This document shows positions 22,528 to 32,622 of a DNA stretch of 64,000 nt, piece by piece. The position numbers and the translations under genes were made by a program. Positions within the stretch are counted from its first letter, which is position 1, and the number at the start of each line of letters is the position of its first letter. The notes beneath the pieces are model-generated. The model made no database searches. It saw only the letters and a program-made list of their open reading frames with translations, and was not told where the DNA came from. Source of the stretch: Microcoleus sp. (GTDB lineage Bacteria; Cyanobacteriota; Cyanobacteriia; Cyanobacteriales; Microcoleaceae). The stretch is taken from NCBI GenBank assembly GCA_052279835.1, contig CP181291.1, forward strand, positions 2,432,001 to 2,496,000, in the 5' to 3' direction.

Positions 22528-23694
22528 TTAATATTGAGGCACTGAGGGGTCTACTTCTTGACTCCAAGCCGTAATTCCGCCCTTAACATTAATCCCCTCA
22601 ATACCAGCTTCCTTCAAAATACCCAAAGCCTTCGCAGAACGCCCGCCCATTTTGCAATGTGCAATCAATCGGTGGCCATTCAACAATTCCTTGACTTTCT
22701 CAACACCATTGCCGTTTTCAATATCCGGTAAAGGTACTAATACTGACCCAGGAATTTGAGCAATTTGATACTCGTTAGGATTCCGAACATCTAGCAGGAG
22801 AAAATCCTTCGCACCGCTATCGATTAACTGCTTAAGTTCCGTGACAGTCATTTCAGCAACTTGTATTTTTGCTTCGTCTGCTTTGGCTTGAGGAATCCCG
22901 CAGAATTGTTCGTAATCGATTAATTTTTCAATTACTGGGCGCACTGGATTTGGTCGCAGTTTTAACTGCCGGAATGTCATGTCTAAGGCATTGTACAGCA
23001 ACAGTCTGCCGCTCAAAGTAGTGCCTTGACCCAAGATAATTTTGATTGCTTCAGTGGCTTGAATGCAGCCAATAACTCCTGGTAATACGCCTAAAACGCC
23101 ACCTTCAGCACAGGAAGGTACCATCCCTGGCGGTGGGGGTTCTGGGTACAAATCTCGGTAATTGGGGCCACCTTCGTAGTTGAAAACTGTTGCTTGGCCT
23201 TCAAATCGGAAGATGGAACCGTAGACGTTGGGCTTATTTAATAGCACCGAAACGTCGTTCATCAAGTAGCGAGTTTGGAAGTTGTCTGTGCCATCGATAA
23301 TGATGTCATAGGGTGTCGCAATGGCGATCGCATTTTCGGAACTAACGCGAGTTTCGTACAAATCAACTTGACACAAAGGATTGATTTCTAAAATCCGATT
23401 TTTAGCCGATTCAATCTTGGGTTTTCCTATCCAAGATGTGCCGTGAATTACCTGCCGCTGCAAGTTGGAAGTGTCAACAATATCAAAGTCTACAATACCA
23501 ATGCGGCCAATCCCTGCCGCTGCTAAATACAGCAGCAGTGGGGAACCGAGTCCTCCTGTGCCGATACAGAGTACGCTGGCAGCTTTGAGACGCTTCTGCC
23601 CATCCAATCCAACTTCTGGCAGGATTAGGTGGCGAGAGTAGCGTTCGTATTCTTCTTTGTTGAGCTGGATCTCGTCCAGATTAGGATTTAGCAT
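22528..23694 (-). CDS. moeB: MoeB/MoeZ adenylyltransferase with C-terminal rhodanese domain
   Basis: RYSRHL, GTGGLGSP, SNLQRQ, DGTDNF, PSCAEGGVLG; rhodanese CKMGGRS. Confidence 0.93.
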   Translation of the reverse strand: MLNPNLDEIQLNKEEYERYSRHLILPEVGLDGQKRLKAASVLCIGTGGLGSPLLLYLAAAGIGRIGIVDFDIVDTSNLQRQVIHGTSWIGKPKIESAKNRILEINPLCQVDLYETRVSSENAIAIATPYDIIIDGTDNFQTRYLMNDVSVLLNKPNVYGSIFRFEGQATVFNYEGGPNYRDLYPEPPPPGMVPSCAEGGVLGVLPGVIGCIQATEAIKIILGQGTTLSGRLLLYNALDMTFRQLKLRPNPVRPVIEKLIDYEQFCGIPQAKADEAKIQVAEMTVTELKQLIDSGAKDFLLLDVRNPNEYQIAQIPGSVLVPLPDIENGNGVEKVKELLNGHRLIAHCKMGGRSAKALGILKEAGIEGINVKGGITAWSQEVDPSVPQY

Positions 23695-23780
23695 GATATT
23701 CTGTGTAGCGCCGATTTTGAATTATATCCTATCTAAATCTTTCGCAGTTTGGCGTCTTTGTGATTTTTAGTAATTATTTC

Positions 23781-24242
23781 TTAATCTAGTGTGAGGATTT
23801 CCTCGGCTTGGAATTTGTTTTCTGTGTCTAGAGTCCAACTGCGGACGTCTTCACAACGACCTTGTGAAACGGACACAATGATGTAGGAGTATTGCGGCCA
23901 GGCGAGGGTGCGATCGCACTCTGAGGGTACTGCCTGACCATCTGGGTGAGAATGGTAGATGCCGATAATGTCTAAATTGCGATCGCGCCCCTCTTTCATT
24001 CCCTCCAGCATATCTTGTGGTGATATAGCATATCTGCGGTTTTTTGTCAATAATTTTGAATCTGAGCAATTATCTTCAGTTTCCGCACTCCAGGCATTTT
24101 TGGTTGGCCAAACTGCTACTAAGGTTTTAACATTGTCCGCGATCGTACCTAACAACAAACCGCAGCACTCTTCAGGGTAGGTGTTTTCGGCGTGGCTGCG
24201 GACAGATAATAGGTGAGTCTGGGAAAGTGCGATCGATTGCAT
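23781..24242 (-). CDS. JAB/MPN+ (M67, Mec-like) metallopeptidase
   Basis: YPEECCG and JAMM motif YHSHPDGQAVPSECD; directly upstream of moeB. Confidence 0.9.
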   Translation of the reverse strand: MQSIALSQTHLLSVRSHAENTYPEECCGLLLGTIADNVKTLVAVWPTKNAWSAETEDNCSDSKLLTKNRRYAISPQDMLEGMKEGRDRNLDIIGIYHSHPDGQAVPSECDRTLAWPQYSYIIVSVSQGRCEDVRSWTLDTENKFQAEEILTLD

Positions 24243-24273
24243 TGGTGATTAGTTATTGCTTAAATAAGTTTAG

Positions 24274-24870
24274 CTACTTAGCTGTTTGCAAAAAAGTTCT
24301 ATAAGCAATGATAGCTTCAGTCTGATTTACAGAACCAACATATTGACCCAATACAGATAAGTCCAACTCTGGCAAAAATTCACTCCTTGAAATTAACTCA
24401 TAACCTTCTTCTCGCAAGTGGTAAACAGAAAACTGATTGTTCACCCAAAACCAGACTTCAGGAATCTGCAAACCGCGATACACTTCCAGCTTGTCAATAC
24501 CACCGCTAGTCAGAGCAATTTCGAGCGCAATATCCGGGATTTCTGCCAATGTACCCAAGCAGTAACACTCATCTGGTTCCGCGCCCCGTCTCACAGCTTC
24601 ACGGCGAAATGTAGCATTTCCGTAACCGTTGAGATTAATTAACCTTTCAACCGCATAGGTTTCGATCAACCGGGCAATAATTTTTTTCAGTCTTTCATGT
24701 TCCGGCCAAGTCGTCATAATAATTTCTAACGTTCCTTCCAAATACGTCATTCTGGGAAAATCATCAACAAACATATCAGAAAGTTGCTTATATTGTTCCC
24801 AAGTCACCTCATATAAAATGACGCGCTGTTCCGCGGCAGGAACCAGAGTTTCTGGATCTAAAAGTAGCAT
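24274..24870 (-). CDS. Uma2-family putative endonuclease
   Basis: VTWEQY, YLEGTLEI, EPDECY, PDIALEI, YRGLQIPEVW. Confidence 0.88.
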   Translation of the reverse strand: MLLLDPETLVPAAEQRVILYEVTWEQYKQLSDMFVDDFPRMTYLEGTLEIIMTTWPEHERLKKIIARLIETYAVERLINLNGYGNATFRREAVRRGAEPDECYCLGTLAEIPDIALEIALTSGGIDKLEVYRGLQIPEVWFWVNNQFSVYHLREEGYELISRSEFLPELDLSVLGQYVGSVNQTEAIIAYRTFLQTAK

Positions 24871-24928
24871 AATTAATTACCTGCACTTAAGATATATAAA
24901 CTTGAGATTTTTCGATCTTTCTCACCTT

Positions 24929-25022
24929 CCTCTCTGTGTCCTCTGCGCCCTCTGCGGTTAATAAAAAAAATTCCCTATAGAACTTTAACGAACCGCGAAG
25001 ACGCGAAGGACACAAAGGAAGA
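24929..25022. repeat. Copy of the CTCTGTG/AACCGCAGAG dispersed repeat family
   Basis: CTCTGTGTCCTCTGCGCCCTCTGCGGTTAA and inverted AACCGCGAAGACGCGAAGGACACAAAG. Confidence 0.6.
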
Positions 25023-25037
25023 AAAGAGTCAATTCAA

Positions 25038-25265
25038 TCAAGTGGGAGTTTGCTGTAACTCTGGCCGCTCATCGGCGACTATCGCACCTTCAACAGGACA
25101 CACCTGCAAACAAATGCCGCAGTCAATGCAGGTATCAAAATCAATCCAAAACCAATCTGTACCCTTGACATTTTTGCCATCGCCAGGTTGGATGCAAGCA
25201 ACCGGACAAGCGCCGACGCAATCAGCAACCCCTTCGCAAATATTCGTAACGATAGTATGTGACAC
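25038..25265 (-). CDS. Dicluster bacterial-type (probably 7Fe) ferredoxin
   Basis: CEGVADCVGACP and CIDCGICLQVCP. Confidence 0.92.
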   Translation of the reverse strand: MSHTIVTNICEGVADCVGACPVACIQPGDGKNVKGTDWFWIDFDTCIDCGICLQVCPVEGAIVADERPELQQTPT

Positions 25266-25324
25266 AGTGTTCTCCGCGATCGTACCGGGTTTTTTAGGTT
25301 GATAGTCCGTCCAGGACTGAGCTA

Positions 25325-26560
25325 TTAATTTACCATTTCAATTGTCGGGAATCCTTCGGCATTCACCCAGGCAATTTGAGCAATGCGTCGATCGCGCGCA
25401 TATTCCCGCACCCCATCCACAGTCTCCCGACTCTCCAAATCGATTTCTACCCGAACTACATCGCTAGACTCTCGGAGTTTTCGAGCATAAACAAAAGCCG
25501 CAGCCGCAGCATCAGAGGTTTGAGGCACAACCAAAAAGTCGCTGGCTGGGGTCTCTTTTGCCAATTGACCCTCAGTTAACAAAATTTGGTGCAAATCTTC
25601 AATATTCAAACAAAACCCAATTCCTGCGTGATTTTGCCCTTGGGGATCGAACAATCCCAATAGGCGATCGTACCGTCCCCCTTGTCCCAACACTCGCTGT
25701 CCCGTCTTGGGACTGCTGACAACTTCAAACACAATTCCCGTGTAGTAGTCAAAGGTTTGAATCAAACTCAAGTCCAGGTGGATATGCGATTTCAGATTCG
25801 GGATTTTAGATTGACATTGGTATAGCAATTCGATCGCCGATTTCAGATTATTTAAGGCTGCTTGTTGTGGCTCATCTAAATCGAGCTTTGCCACCACAGG
25901 AAACACATCTTCTGGGCGGCCCCGCAAGTCAAATAATAGTAGAGCTCTTTCTCGCAATTCCGTAGACAGCGGTAAATTTTCCAAGCCTACTCGATCGAGA
26001 TTGGCGATCGCCCCCCGAACTTGGGAGCGCACATTTGGCGGAAACGGTTCCAGCAAAGTAGCAGTTAAACCCGCTTCTCCCAGCACCAAATGCCAGTCAT
26101 CAATTTCTAAACCCTGCAAGCACTCAGACAGCAGTAGTAGCACTTCCGCATCAGCCATCGTCCCCCCGGAGCCTAGCAACTCTACCCCTGCTTGATAGAA
26201 CTCCTGCTGCCCCCCAGAGCCTGTATCGGGGCCTTTGCGGAACACATTAGCGTTGTAATATAGACGCTGAGGCTGCCAGGGAGTCCCGGCCATCCGCATC
26301 ACAGCAGCGCGGGCGATGGAAGCAGTCAATTCTGGACGCAAGCCTAGTTCTCCATCGACGGCATCTTGCAATTGAATCAAGGTCGATCGGTCGATCGCCC
26401 CTCCAGCCATCAATGTCTCCAGCCTTTCTAGAGTCGAAGTAATAATCCGGTGATAGCCCCAGCGATGAAAAACTTGCTGCAAACGGCGTTCGATCGAAAT
26501 TTTTTGAGCTACGTCAAGGGGCAATAAATCTCTTGCACCCGATGGGGGTTGGTGAACCAT
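25325..26560 (-). CDS. hisZ: ATP phosphoribosyltransferase regulatory subunit
   Basis: MVHQPPSGARDLLP start, LRPELTASIAR, EFYQAGVEL, DYYTGIVF, GGRYD. Confidence 0.92.
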   Translation of the reverse strand: MVHQPPSGARDLLPLDVAQKISIERRLQQVFHRWGYHRIITSTLERLETLMAGGAIDRSTLIQLQDAVDGELGLRPELTASIARAAVMRMAGTPWQPQRLYYNANVFRKGPDTGSGGQQEFYQAGVELLGSGGTMADAEVLLLLSECLQGLEIDDWHLVLGEAGLTATLLEPFPPNVRSQVRGAIANLDRVGLENLPLSTELRERALLLFDLRGRPEDVFPVVAKLDLDEPQQAALNNLKSAIELLYQCQSKIPNLKSHIHLDLSLIQTFDYYTGIVFEVVSSPKTGQRVLGQGGRYDRLLGLFDPQGQNHAGIGFCLNIEDLHQILLTEGQLAKETPASDFLVVPQTSDAAAAAFVYARKLRESSDVVRVEIDLESRETVDGVREYARDRRIAQIAWVNAEGFPTIEMVN

Positions 26561-26707
26561 ATCAATTTTGGATTTTAGATTGGGGATTTTCGATGCAGCT
26601 ACAAACTTAGCTTGAGGGGACGATGTTAAAGTCGAACCTGACCAGTTTAGCATTCGACTTTAACCAATTCAACTATCACCAAGTCTAATTTTTTTGCCTC
26701 CGTCTCA

Positions 26708-27643
26708 TCATTTCTTCTTCCCCCCACCAAACAGATTGGAAAAACTAGCAAAAAAGCCACCTTGCTTATCATCACCCTTTTTAGCTTTCGTCCCGGAAGC
26801 TGGCTGTTCAAGCTTTTTCTTCACTTCCAAAGCCATCGGTTCTTCTGGATTAGATACCAAAGCTTTTTGCACCTCCAGCTTAGCCATTGTTCCTTGACCT
26901 TGCATCAAATAACACATTGCCAACATAGCGTGACACTTGCTATTTTTCGGTTCGCGCTTTTGAGCTTCCCTCAACTCCAAAATTGCTTTGGCGTAATTTT
27001 TGCTATCCATAAATCCCTGAGCACGGCGGCAATGTTGTTCCACCAAGGAATCTTTTTTGGGCGTGGGTGGCTGTGGAGGAACAACCGGAGTCGGAGGTAC
27101 TACTTTTAATTCTTTTTTCTTTTGCTCGTCCGGTTTCGGAGTTACCACCCCGGTTGGAATCATGACGTTTTCTTTTCGCAGCAGGTAAACCAGATTGAGT
27201 TCGCTCATTTGATTGATGACCTCTAGGGCTTGCTCAACGGATTCGTATTGGTTGTCCGCCAGTTTGCTCATTGCTGTTTTGTAAGTTTCTTCCCAATTTC
27301 CTGCCCTGGCTAACTGTTTGGCTTCTGCGCTTTCGATTTGCTGTTTCTCTTTTTCTTTCGTGGCCCGCTTGCTGATAGCCGTTAGTAGCAAATTATATTC
27401 TTTGCGATCGCTTTCCTTGGAGAATTTGTTGTAAGCGGGATTGACCACTTTTGACAAAAACTGATTAGCCCAATCTTTATCAGCTTGACTTTCAAAAGGG
27501 CAAGTATCCGAGTGCAAGCGGCGGACTATTTTCATGTAGCGCTTGCGGATGTCGTTAAACTCAGCATCTAAGGGAACTCCCAAAATTGCGTGCTGATCTG
27601 TAAAGTCAAACTTAAACAGCCCTTTTGTCATTTCAAAAGACAT
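26708..27643 (-). CDS. J-domain protein with C-terminal TPR
   Basis: J-domain with a variant HSD in place of HPD (RRLHSD); Pro-rich linker; TPR-like helices. Confidence 0.85.
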   Translation of the reverse strand: MSFEMTKGLFKFDFTDQHAILGVPLDAEFNDIRKRYMKIVRRLHSDTCPFESQADKDWANQFLSKVVNPAYNKFSKESDRKEYNLLLTAISKRATKEKEKQQIESAEAKQLARAGNWEETYKTAMSKLADNQYESVEQALEVINQMSELNLVYLLRKENVMIPTGVVTPKPDEQKKKELKVVPPTPVVPPQPPTPKKDSLVEQHCRRAQGFMDSKNYAKAILELREAQKREPKNSKCHAMLAMCYLMQGQGTMAKLEVQKALVSNPEEPMALEVKKKLEQPASGTKAKKGDDKQGGFFASFSNLFGGGKKK

Positions 27644-27752
27644 AAATGTTACTCTCCTTTTCCAGGCTTGTGACGATGCTTTATTCTTTAATGTAGCTTC
27701 TGTTAAGGGGTTATGACCCCCGTACTAATGCTTAGCCCTGGACTCCGGGCTG

Positions 27753-28565
27753 CTACCCCCAAGACGATAAAGGGGGTGTTTTGAGCAATGCGTCGCTAAG
27801 TTCAGCGTGAATCTTGCCATTTGTCGCCAAAACTCGACCAGAGTTAATCTCAAAGGGACTCTCGTCATAGGCTGTAACTTTACCTCCGGCTTCCGAGACA
27901 ATGACTACGCCGGCGGCTACATCCCAAGGGGACAGTCCCCGTTCCCAGTATCCATCTAAACGGCCGCAGGCGACGTGAGCCAGGTCTAGAGCTGCTGAGC
28001 CACTGCGTCGCACTCCTTGGGTGAGGTGGGTGAGGTGACAGAATTCGGCATAGTTATTATCGGCTGTTTCTCGTCGATCGTAAGCAAAGCCAGTAACTAA
28101 CAAACTTTTGGTCAATATAGAGGTTTGGGAAACTGCGATCGCCCGTCGATTGCGGGTAGCACCCAATCCTTTCGCAGCCCGAAATAATTCGTTATGAAAC
28201 GGATCGAAAATTACGCCAATTTGTGGTAATCCTTCAATTAAAAGTCCGATCGACACCGCGGCAAATGGATATTGGTGGGCATAATTAGTTGTACCGTCCA
28301 AAGGGTCGATCGCCCACAGGTATTTGCTACTGGCGTTCCCTAATTTACCGGATTCTTCAGCAAGTATCCCGTGGTCGGGTACATGACGACCCAGAATTTC
28401 TAAAATCACGGCTTCGGAGGCTTTGTCGGCTTCTGTGACTAAATCTCCCGATCGACCTTTTTCTTGAATTTCTTCTAATTTTCCGCAGAAAGATTGCAGA
28501 ACGGAACCAGCAGCGAGGGCCGCTTCGGTGGCTATTTCTAATAAGTCTTGAATTTTGTTAGTCAT
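27753..28565 (-). CDS. suhB: Inositol monophosphatase family protein
   Basis: DLVTEAD, AEES, WAIDPLDGTTNY, GSAALDL, WDVAAG. Confidence 0.88.
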   Translation of the reverse strand: MTNKIQDLLEIATEAALAAGSVLQSFCGKLEEIQEKGRSGDLVTEADKASEAVILEILGRHVPDHGILAEESGKLGNASSKYLWAIDPLDGTTNYAHQYPFAAVSIGLLIEGLPQIGVIFDPFHNELFRAAKGLGATRNRRAIAVSQTSILTKSLLVTGFAYDRRETADNNYAEFCHLTHLTQGVRRSGSAALDLAHVACGRLDGYWERGLSPWDVAAGVVIVSEAGGKVTAYDESPFEINSGRVLATNGKIHAELSDALLKTPPLSSWG

Positions 28566-28596
28566 TTGTTATTTGTTATTTGTTATTGATTATTTG

Positions 28597-29247
28597 TTAT
28601 TTGTTATTTTGCTGGCGAAATTCTCCTGGAGTTTGACGCAGTGGCTGTTTAGGATTCCAAATCCCTTTACCCATTAGTCTCGCCCATTCTTGAGCATTGA
28701 CAAGTCGCTGCTGGTATTTCTTGTTAGGCGATCGCACTGTTGCCAAAGCATAACCTTCTTTAACTAGCCGTTCATTGACCAACACTCCATCTTCCCACAA
28801 ATAGGCTAAGAAGCGATCGAACCTATCTTTCTCCTCAACATCTAATTCTAACAACACCTGTTTCCCACCAATAAGCTTTTCCAGTTGGTTTTTGGCTGCT
28901 TCTCCCCAAGGCTGTTGCTTTAAATCCGGTGCCTCAATCCCAATCAGCCTAACTTGTTCTAACAGCGCAATTTTGTCTGCTGTACGGACAATTTCGATAG
29001 TTTGTCCGCTGACAGTCCGTTGTACTTTCACGAAAGTTCCTGTGGGAATTTCCGGTTTTTGGCAGCTAACTAACAACCAACAAAGGGCGATCGATAATAG
29101 TCGATGTAGAAACTTTCGGCATGGGCCACCTGTACCCAGCCTAGCCAAAGCATTAGTCCTTGGGTACTTATGCCCAGCGTAGCCGAAACAGAGAGCATGG
29201 AGAATGAAACTTCGCATTTTGCATTTTCCAGTCGCCATTGCGCTCAC
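28597..29247 (-). CDS. Thermonuclease (SNase-like) family lipoprotein; start uncertain
   Basis: LLVSC lipobox-like motif, VRLIGIEAP, DRFDRFLAY, VNERLVKEGYA, GKGIW. Confidence 0.85.
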   Translation of the reverse strand: MSAMATGKCKMRSFILHALCFGYAGHKYPRTNALARLGTGGPCRKFLHRLLSIALCWLLVSCQKPEIPTGTFVKVQRTVSGQTIEIVRTADKIALLEQVRLIGIEAPDLKQQPWGEAAKNQLEKLIGGKQVLLELDVEEKDRFDRFLAYLWEDGVLVNERLVKEGYALATVRSPNKKYQQRLVNAQEWARLMGKGIWNPKQPLRQTPGEFRQQNNK

Positions 29248-29612
29248 TCTTCATCTAATGGCAAAGCCATACGCACTTTACCTTTCCCGAAGTAGCGCCC
29301 AAATTGAAGTTCGTATACTTCATCTTCATCTTGTGTCTCTACTTCCATGTTGGAACGAGGATAACTGACACACAGCAAAGCATAACCCTGTTGTTGCAGT
29401 TCCACCGAAAGTCCCATGGCTTCTGGTTGGTGCAGTTCCCCAGACTTAACGCGGACAGCACAGGCGGTACAGGCACCGTTTCGGCAAGAATATGGTAAGT
29501 CTACTCCTTGGTTTTCCACGTTTTGGAGGATGTAACGGTCTTCGGGTACTTGCACGGTGTGGCACGACCCTGTTTGTCTGTTGTGAATTGTAATTGTGTA
29601 AGAGCGAGTCAT
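29244..29612 (-). CDS. 2Fe-2S ferredoxin with C-terminal extension (Fed2/FdC2 type)
   Basis: CRNGACTAC...LLCVS; tail EDEVYELQFG. Confidence 0.9.
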   Translation of the reverse strand: MTRSYTITIHNRQTGSCHTVQVPEDRYILQNVENQGVDLPYSCRNGACTACAVRVKSGELHQPEAMGLSVELQQQGYALLCVSYPRSNMEVETQDEDEVYELQFGRYFGKGKVRMALPLDEE

Positions 29613-29826
29613 GGAATTTTAGATTTTAGATGTGGGATTTTAGATTTGAGTTTGGAGACCAAATTCTTGATATGAATCGGTTTGCGACATCTGGAAGCAG
29701 AATTTGCCCTACTTGTTTTACGCCCTATCCACATTAAACAATAAATTTATGCCATTAGGCCTTGCCAAATCAGATTTCTTCTGATAAGGTAGTAAAACTG
29801 TGGCTAAAAAAACAAAGTTCAGCTTT

Positions 29827-29913
29827 GGAGAGGTGGCCGAGTGGTTGAAGGCGCAGCACTGGAAATGCTGTTTGGGGGTGACTTCAACGAGGGTTCGAAT
29901 CCCTCCCTCTCCG
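29827..29913 (+). tRNA. tRNA-Ser(GGA)
   Basis: Acceptor GGAGAGG/CCTCTCC, anticodon arm CAGCA-CTGGAAA-TGCTG, long variable arm, GGTTCGAATCC. Confidence 0.97.
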
Positions 29914-29942
29914 TTGGATCTTGTCATACAAGCTTTACAGCA

Positions 29943-29982
29943 AAACGGCTTAGTTAGATATCTAACTAAGCCGTTTGTTTTT
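29943..29982 (+). terminator. Intrinsic terminator after tRNA-Ser
   Basis: Perfect 34-bp palindrome AAACGGCTTAGTTAGATATCTAACTAAGCCGTTT followed by GTTTTT. Confidence 0.75.
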
Positions 29983-30151
29983 GGCATGGAGGATGCTAGC
30001 GTTCGATCTCAATGGGAGCATCCTATTTTTGCAAATATATCCTCCAACATTGGGATGCACCCATCTCAATCCTTATTCCCCTGAAAAATACCGAAATTAG
30101 TACGGGAAGGGGGGTAGGCAATGCCGCACTACCCCTACAAAACGATGATTT

Positions 30152-30255
30152 ATATCCAATCCGTTGACATCGGAATTATTATTTATCTCATCTCTTTCTC
30201 TGTGTTCTCTGTGTCCTCTGTGGTTTAATCATTCCGATACAACGGGAATTGATAT
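30152..30255. repeat. MITE-like dispersed repeat with terminal inverted repeats
   Basis: ATATCCAATCCGTTGACATCGGAAT ... ATTCCGATACAACGGGAATTGATAT flanking a CTCTGTGT core; similar to 22357-22450. Confidence 0.72.
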
Positions 30256-30324
30256 TACCTGAGAATGACACCCGCACGCCCTAGCCCCTAAAAAAAGAGA
30301 AGATAGAAGAAATCAAATATTGCC

Positions 30325-32091
30325 TCAAGAAGCACTCTTTTTAGGAGTCACTATCCGTTCGATACTCATAGCACCCACGCTCAATGTCACCACAGCCATG
30401 CCGAGAATTGCTACAGGCTTTAACTTCTCATTAATGATCAGAAATCCGAAAAGCGCAGTCATCGCAGGTCCCAAAGTGCCAATTACTGATGCTAAAGCAG
30501 CCCCCGCAAATCGGATGGCAAAATTATTTAAAAGATAGCTAAACAGAGTCAGTACACCTAAAATTACACCCCCAACAATCAAACCAGGCCAAACATTTTG
30601 GTCGATACTAGGAGCAAAATTTTCTGACAGTGGCACCCACAAACTCAGGGCAGAAAACACAAAAATCGCGGCAAAATTGACTAAACTAAAAGGAATTGGA
30701 TGCAGTTTGCCAGCGGCCATTTGCGTCAGCAATACGTAGCCAGCAAAAGTAATCCCTGAACAAACTGCGGCTGTCACTCCCACTGCCACATTGCCACCGC
30801 CGGGAGTCGGAGAGGCAAAACTGGGCCACCCAGCTAAAATCAAGCCTGCGGTAATACCGCAAATCGCTAACAATCCCACTGTGCTGGGGCGTGAACCAAA
30901 CAAGATCCAAGAGCCGAGTACCGTGACGATCGGATAAATAAAGAAAATCGTAATCGCAATTCCCGCCGGAATATTGCCGATCGCCAAATAAATCAAAACC
31001 TGAGACAAAAACAGAAAAAATGCGCTTCCTAAAACCTTACTCCACAAAGCTCGATCGCCAGACTGGAACAACCGCCTGATATCTTTCCAGACAGAAGGAT
31101 AAAGAAAAGTCGCCAACACAGGCATCAAAGCCATCACCACGATCAACCGCATCAACAAAATCAACAGAGAATTTCCAAAGCCAGGAGTCACCACCCCAGG
31201 CACTTCAAACCAGCCGAAAATCACCCTCGGATTTCTGCTCTTAATCAGAATTCTCAAACAAACATTAAATATCGACAATACCACCGCTGAAGACAAAGCC
31301 AACATCAAACCAGTCTGCATTTGAGAAGGTGCTTTAGCCACTGCTGCTGTCGGCTGCACCGGATGAGGCCGTGGAACTGATTCGTGGCTATCAGCAGGTA
31401 AAGCAGGCATAATTTGTGGACGGACAGAATTAGTTAATTCCTCTGGATAGGAATCTTCTGCATCAAAAGGATTGTCAAGATATGCTTCTTCTTCTTCAAG
31501 TTCTTCCCTGATGCGGTTTACTAGATTCTGCAATAACTCTTCGCCTTGTCGCTCCAAGGTTTGCATATTGTTTAGCCGCACCGACAATTCACTTTCATAG
31601 CTGCTCAAATCTTGTTGCAGCATCTGAAAACTGCGATCGATCCGATCGTCTAGCGCCGCCAATAACTCAGAAGCGCGTTCATCATAGTTACTTGGTGGCA
31701 TCGGTATGGGGAACTCGCCGCTAGGAATGGGACTACTGAGAGAATGTCCCGAATTAGCACTGAGTTCGTTAAACCGCTGCACTAACAAATCTTGGAGATT
31801 GTGAGCCAAAACTTGAGCCAACTGTTTGAGCCACAACTGCTGCTGATGAATATATCGCCCAGACAAAGATTCCATTTGCTGAGACTGCAATTTACGATAT
31901 TGCTGTCTCAGGCTTTCAATATCCTGAATCAAGTGATTTTTTTCACTTTGGAGCCGTGTAATGTCCTGATTTAACTGGCCCTTGACATTTTCATGCAAAG
32001 CGTCCAGCTCCTGAATCACCGAGTTAAGGACTTGTTCTGCCGATTTGGCATCCTCTGGATCGCCTGCGGAGTATTTGTTCTCTTGCGCCAT
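30325..32091 (-). CDS. sepJ: Septal junction protein SepJ/FraG homologue (coiled coil + linker + DME/EamA permease)
   Basis: N-terminal coiled coil (LNQDITRLQSEKNHL...LKQLAQVLAHNL), short Pro-rich linker, ~10-TM EamA domain (AITIFFIYP). Confidence 0.8.
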   Translation of the reverse strand: MAQENKYSAGDPEDAKSAEQVLNSVIQELDALHENVKGQLNQDITRLQSEKNHLIQDIESLRQQYRKLQSQQMESLSGRYIHQQQLWLKQLAQVLAHNLQDLLVQRFNELSANSGHSLSSPIPSGEFPIPMPPSNYDERASELLAALDDRIDRSFQMLQQDLSSYESELSVRLNNMQTLERQGEELLQNLVNRIREELEEEEAYLDNPFDAEDSYPEELTNSVRPQIMPALPADSHESVPRPHPVQPTAAVAKAPSQMQTGLMLALSSAVVLSIFNVCLRILIKSRNPRVIFGWFEVPGVVTPGFGNSLLILLMRLIVVMALMPVLATFLYPSVWKDIRRLFQSGDRALWSKVLGSAFFLFLSQVLIYLAIGNIPAGIAITIFFIYPIVTVLGSWILFGSRPSTVGLLAICGITAGLILAGWPSFASPTPGGGNVAVGVTAAVCSGITFAGYVLLTQMAAGKLHPIPFSLVNFAAIFVFSALSLWVPLSENFAPSIDQNVWPGLIVGGVILGVLTLFSYLLNNFAIRFAGAALASVIGTLGPAMTALFGFLIINEKLKPVAILGMAVVTLSVGAMSIERIVTPKKSAS

Positions 32092-32211
32092 TATTAACGT
32101 ATAACCTCTAATTTAAACTGTACGTTCAGTATTCTGAACTATCTTGTAAATTAGTTGACAATTTTCAGTCACTTTATCTAAAAGACGGCTGACACTATAG
32201 TAGTTGCTGAG

Positions 32212-32511
32212 TTGGAGAGTAAAAAATTGGGTCAAACGAAGCTATCCCGGAGGGAATCGCCCGAAGAACACTTTGTGCAATTAGAAATTATACTACAACG
32301 CCATGCTGAAGCACTCGAAGCCGAAGTCAGAGCTTTGCAAACCGCAGATGAAACCGCCCAGTGGTCTGGTGACTGGAAGCGTTACTACAACTGGCGTTTC
32401 GCTAAAATTTTTGCCTCTGTGAAGATTTTTCGCAACTGGGGTGCAGATGCTGCTGCTTGGCAACTGCTGCCACTGCGACAGTATCCCAATCGAGGCAATC
32501 AGAAGGATTAG
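32212..32511 (+). CDS. Small hypothetical protein
   Basis: 99-codon ORF filling the sepJ-pit gap; TTG start; no recognisable motif. Confidence 0.35.
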   Translation: MESKKLGQTKLSRRESPEEHFVQLEIILQRHAEALEAEVRALQTADETAQWSGDWKRYYNWRFAKIFASVKIFRNWGADAAAWQLLPLRQYPNRGNQKD

Positions 32512-32622
32512 TTCGCTGTCAGTTGACAGCAACTAGGTAGGTGCCGTACAACGCAACTATATAATCTCAAGTATCCCAAGGCCCTCTAGTCGATGACTAT
32601 TTTATTAAGTGGGCTAGTTTTT

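Noticed and set aside
29718..30084. ORFs 29718-29987 and 29800-30084
   Set aside because: They overlap tRNA-Ser and its terminator.
29914..30320. Integrative element at tRNA-Ser
   Set aside because: No integrase, and no duplicated tRNA 3' end seen in the window.
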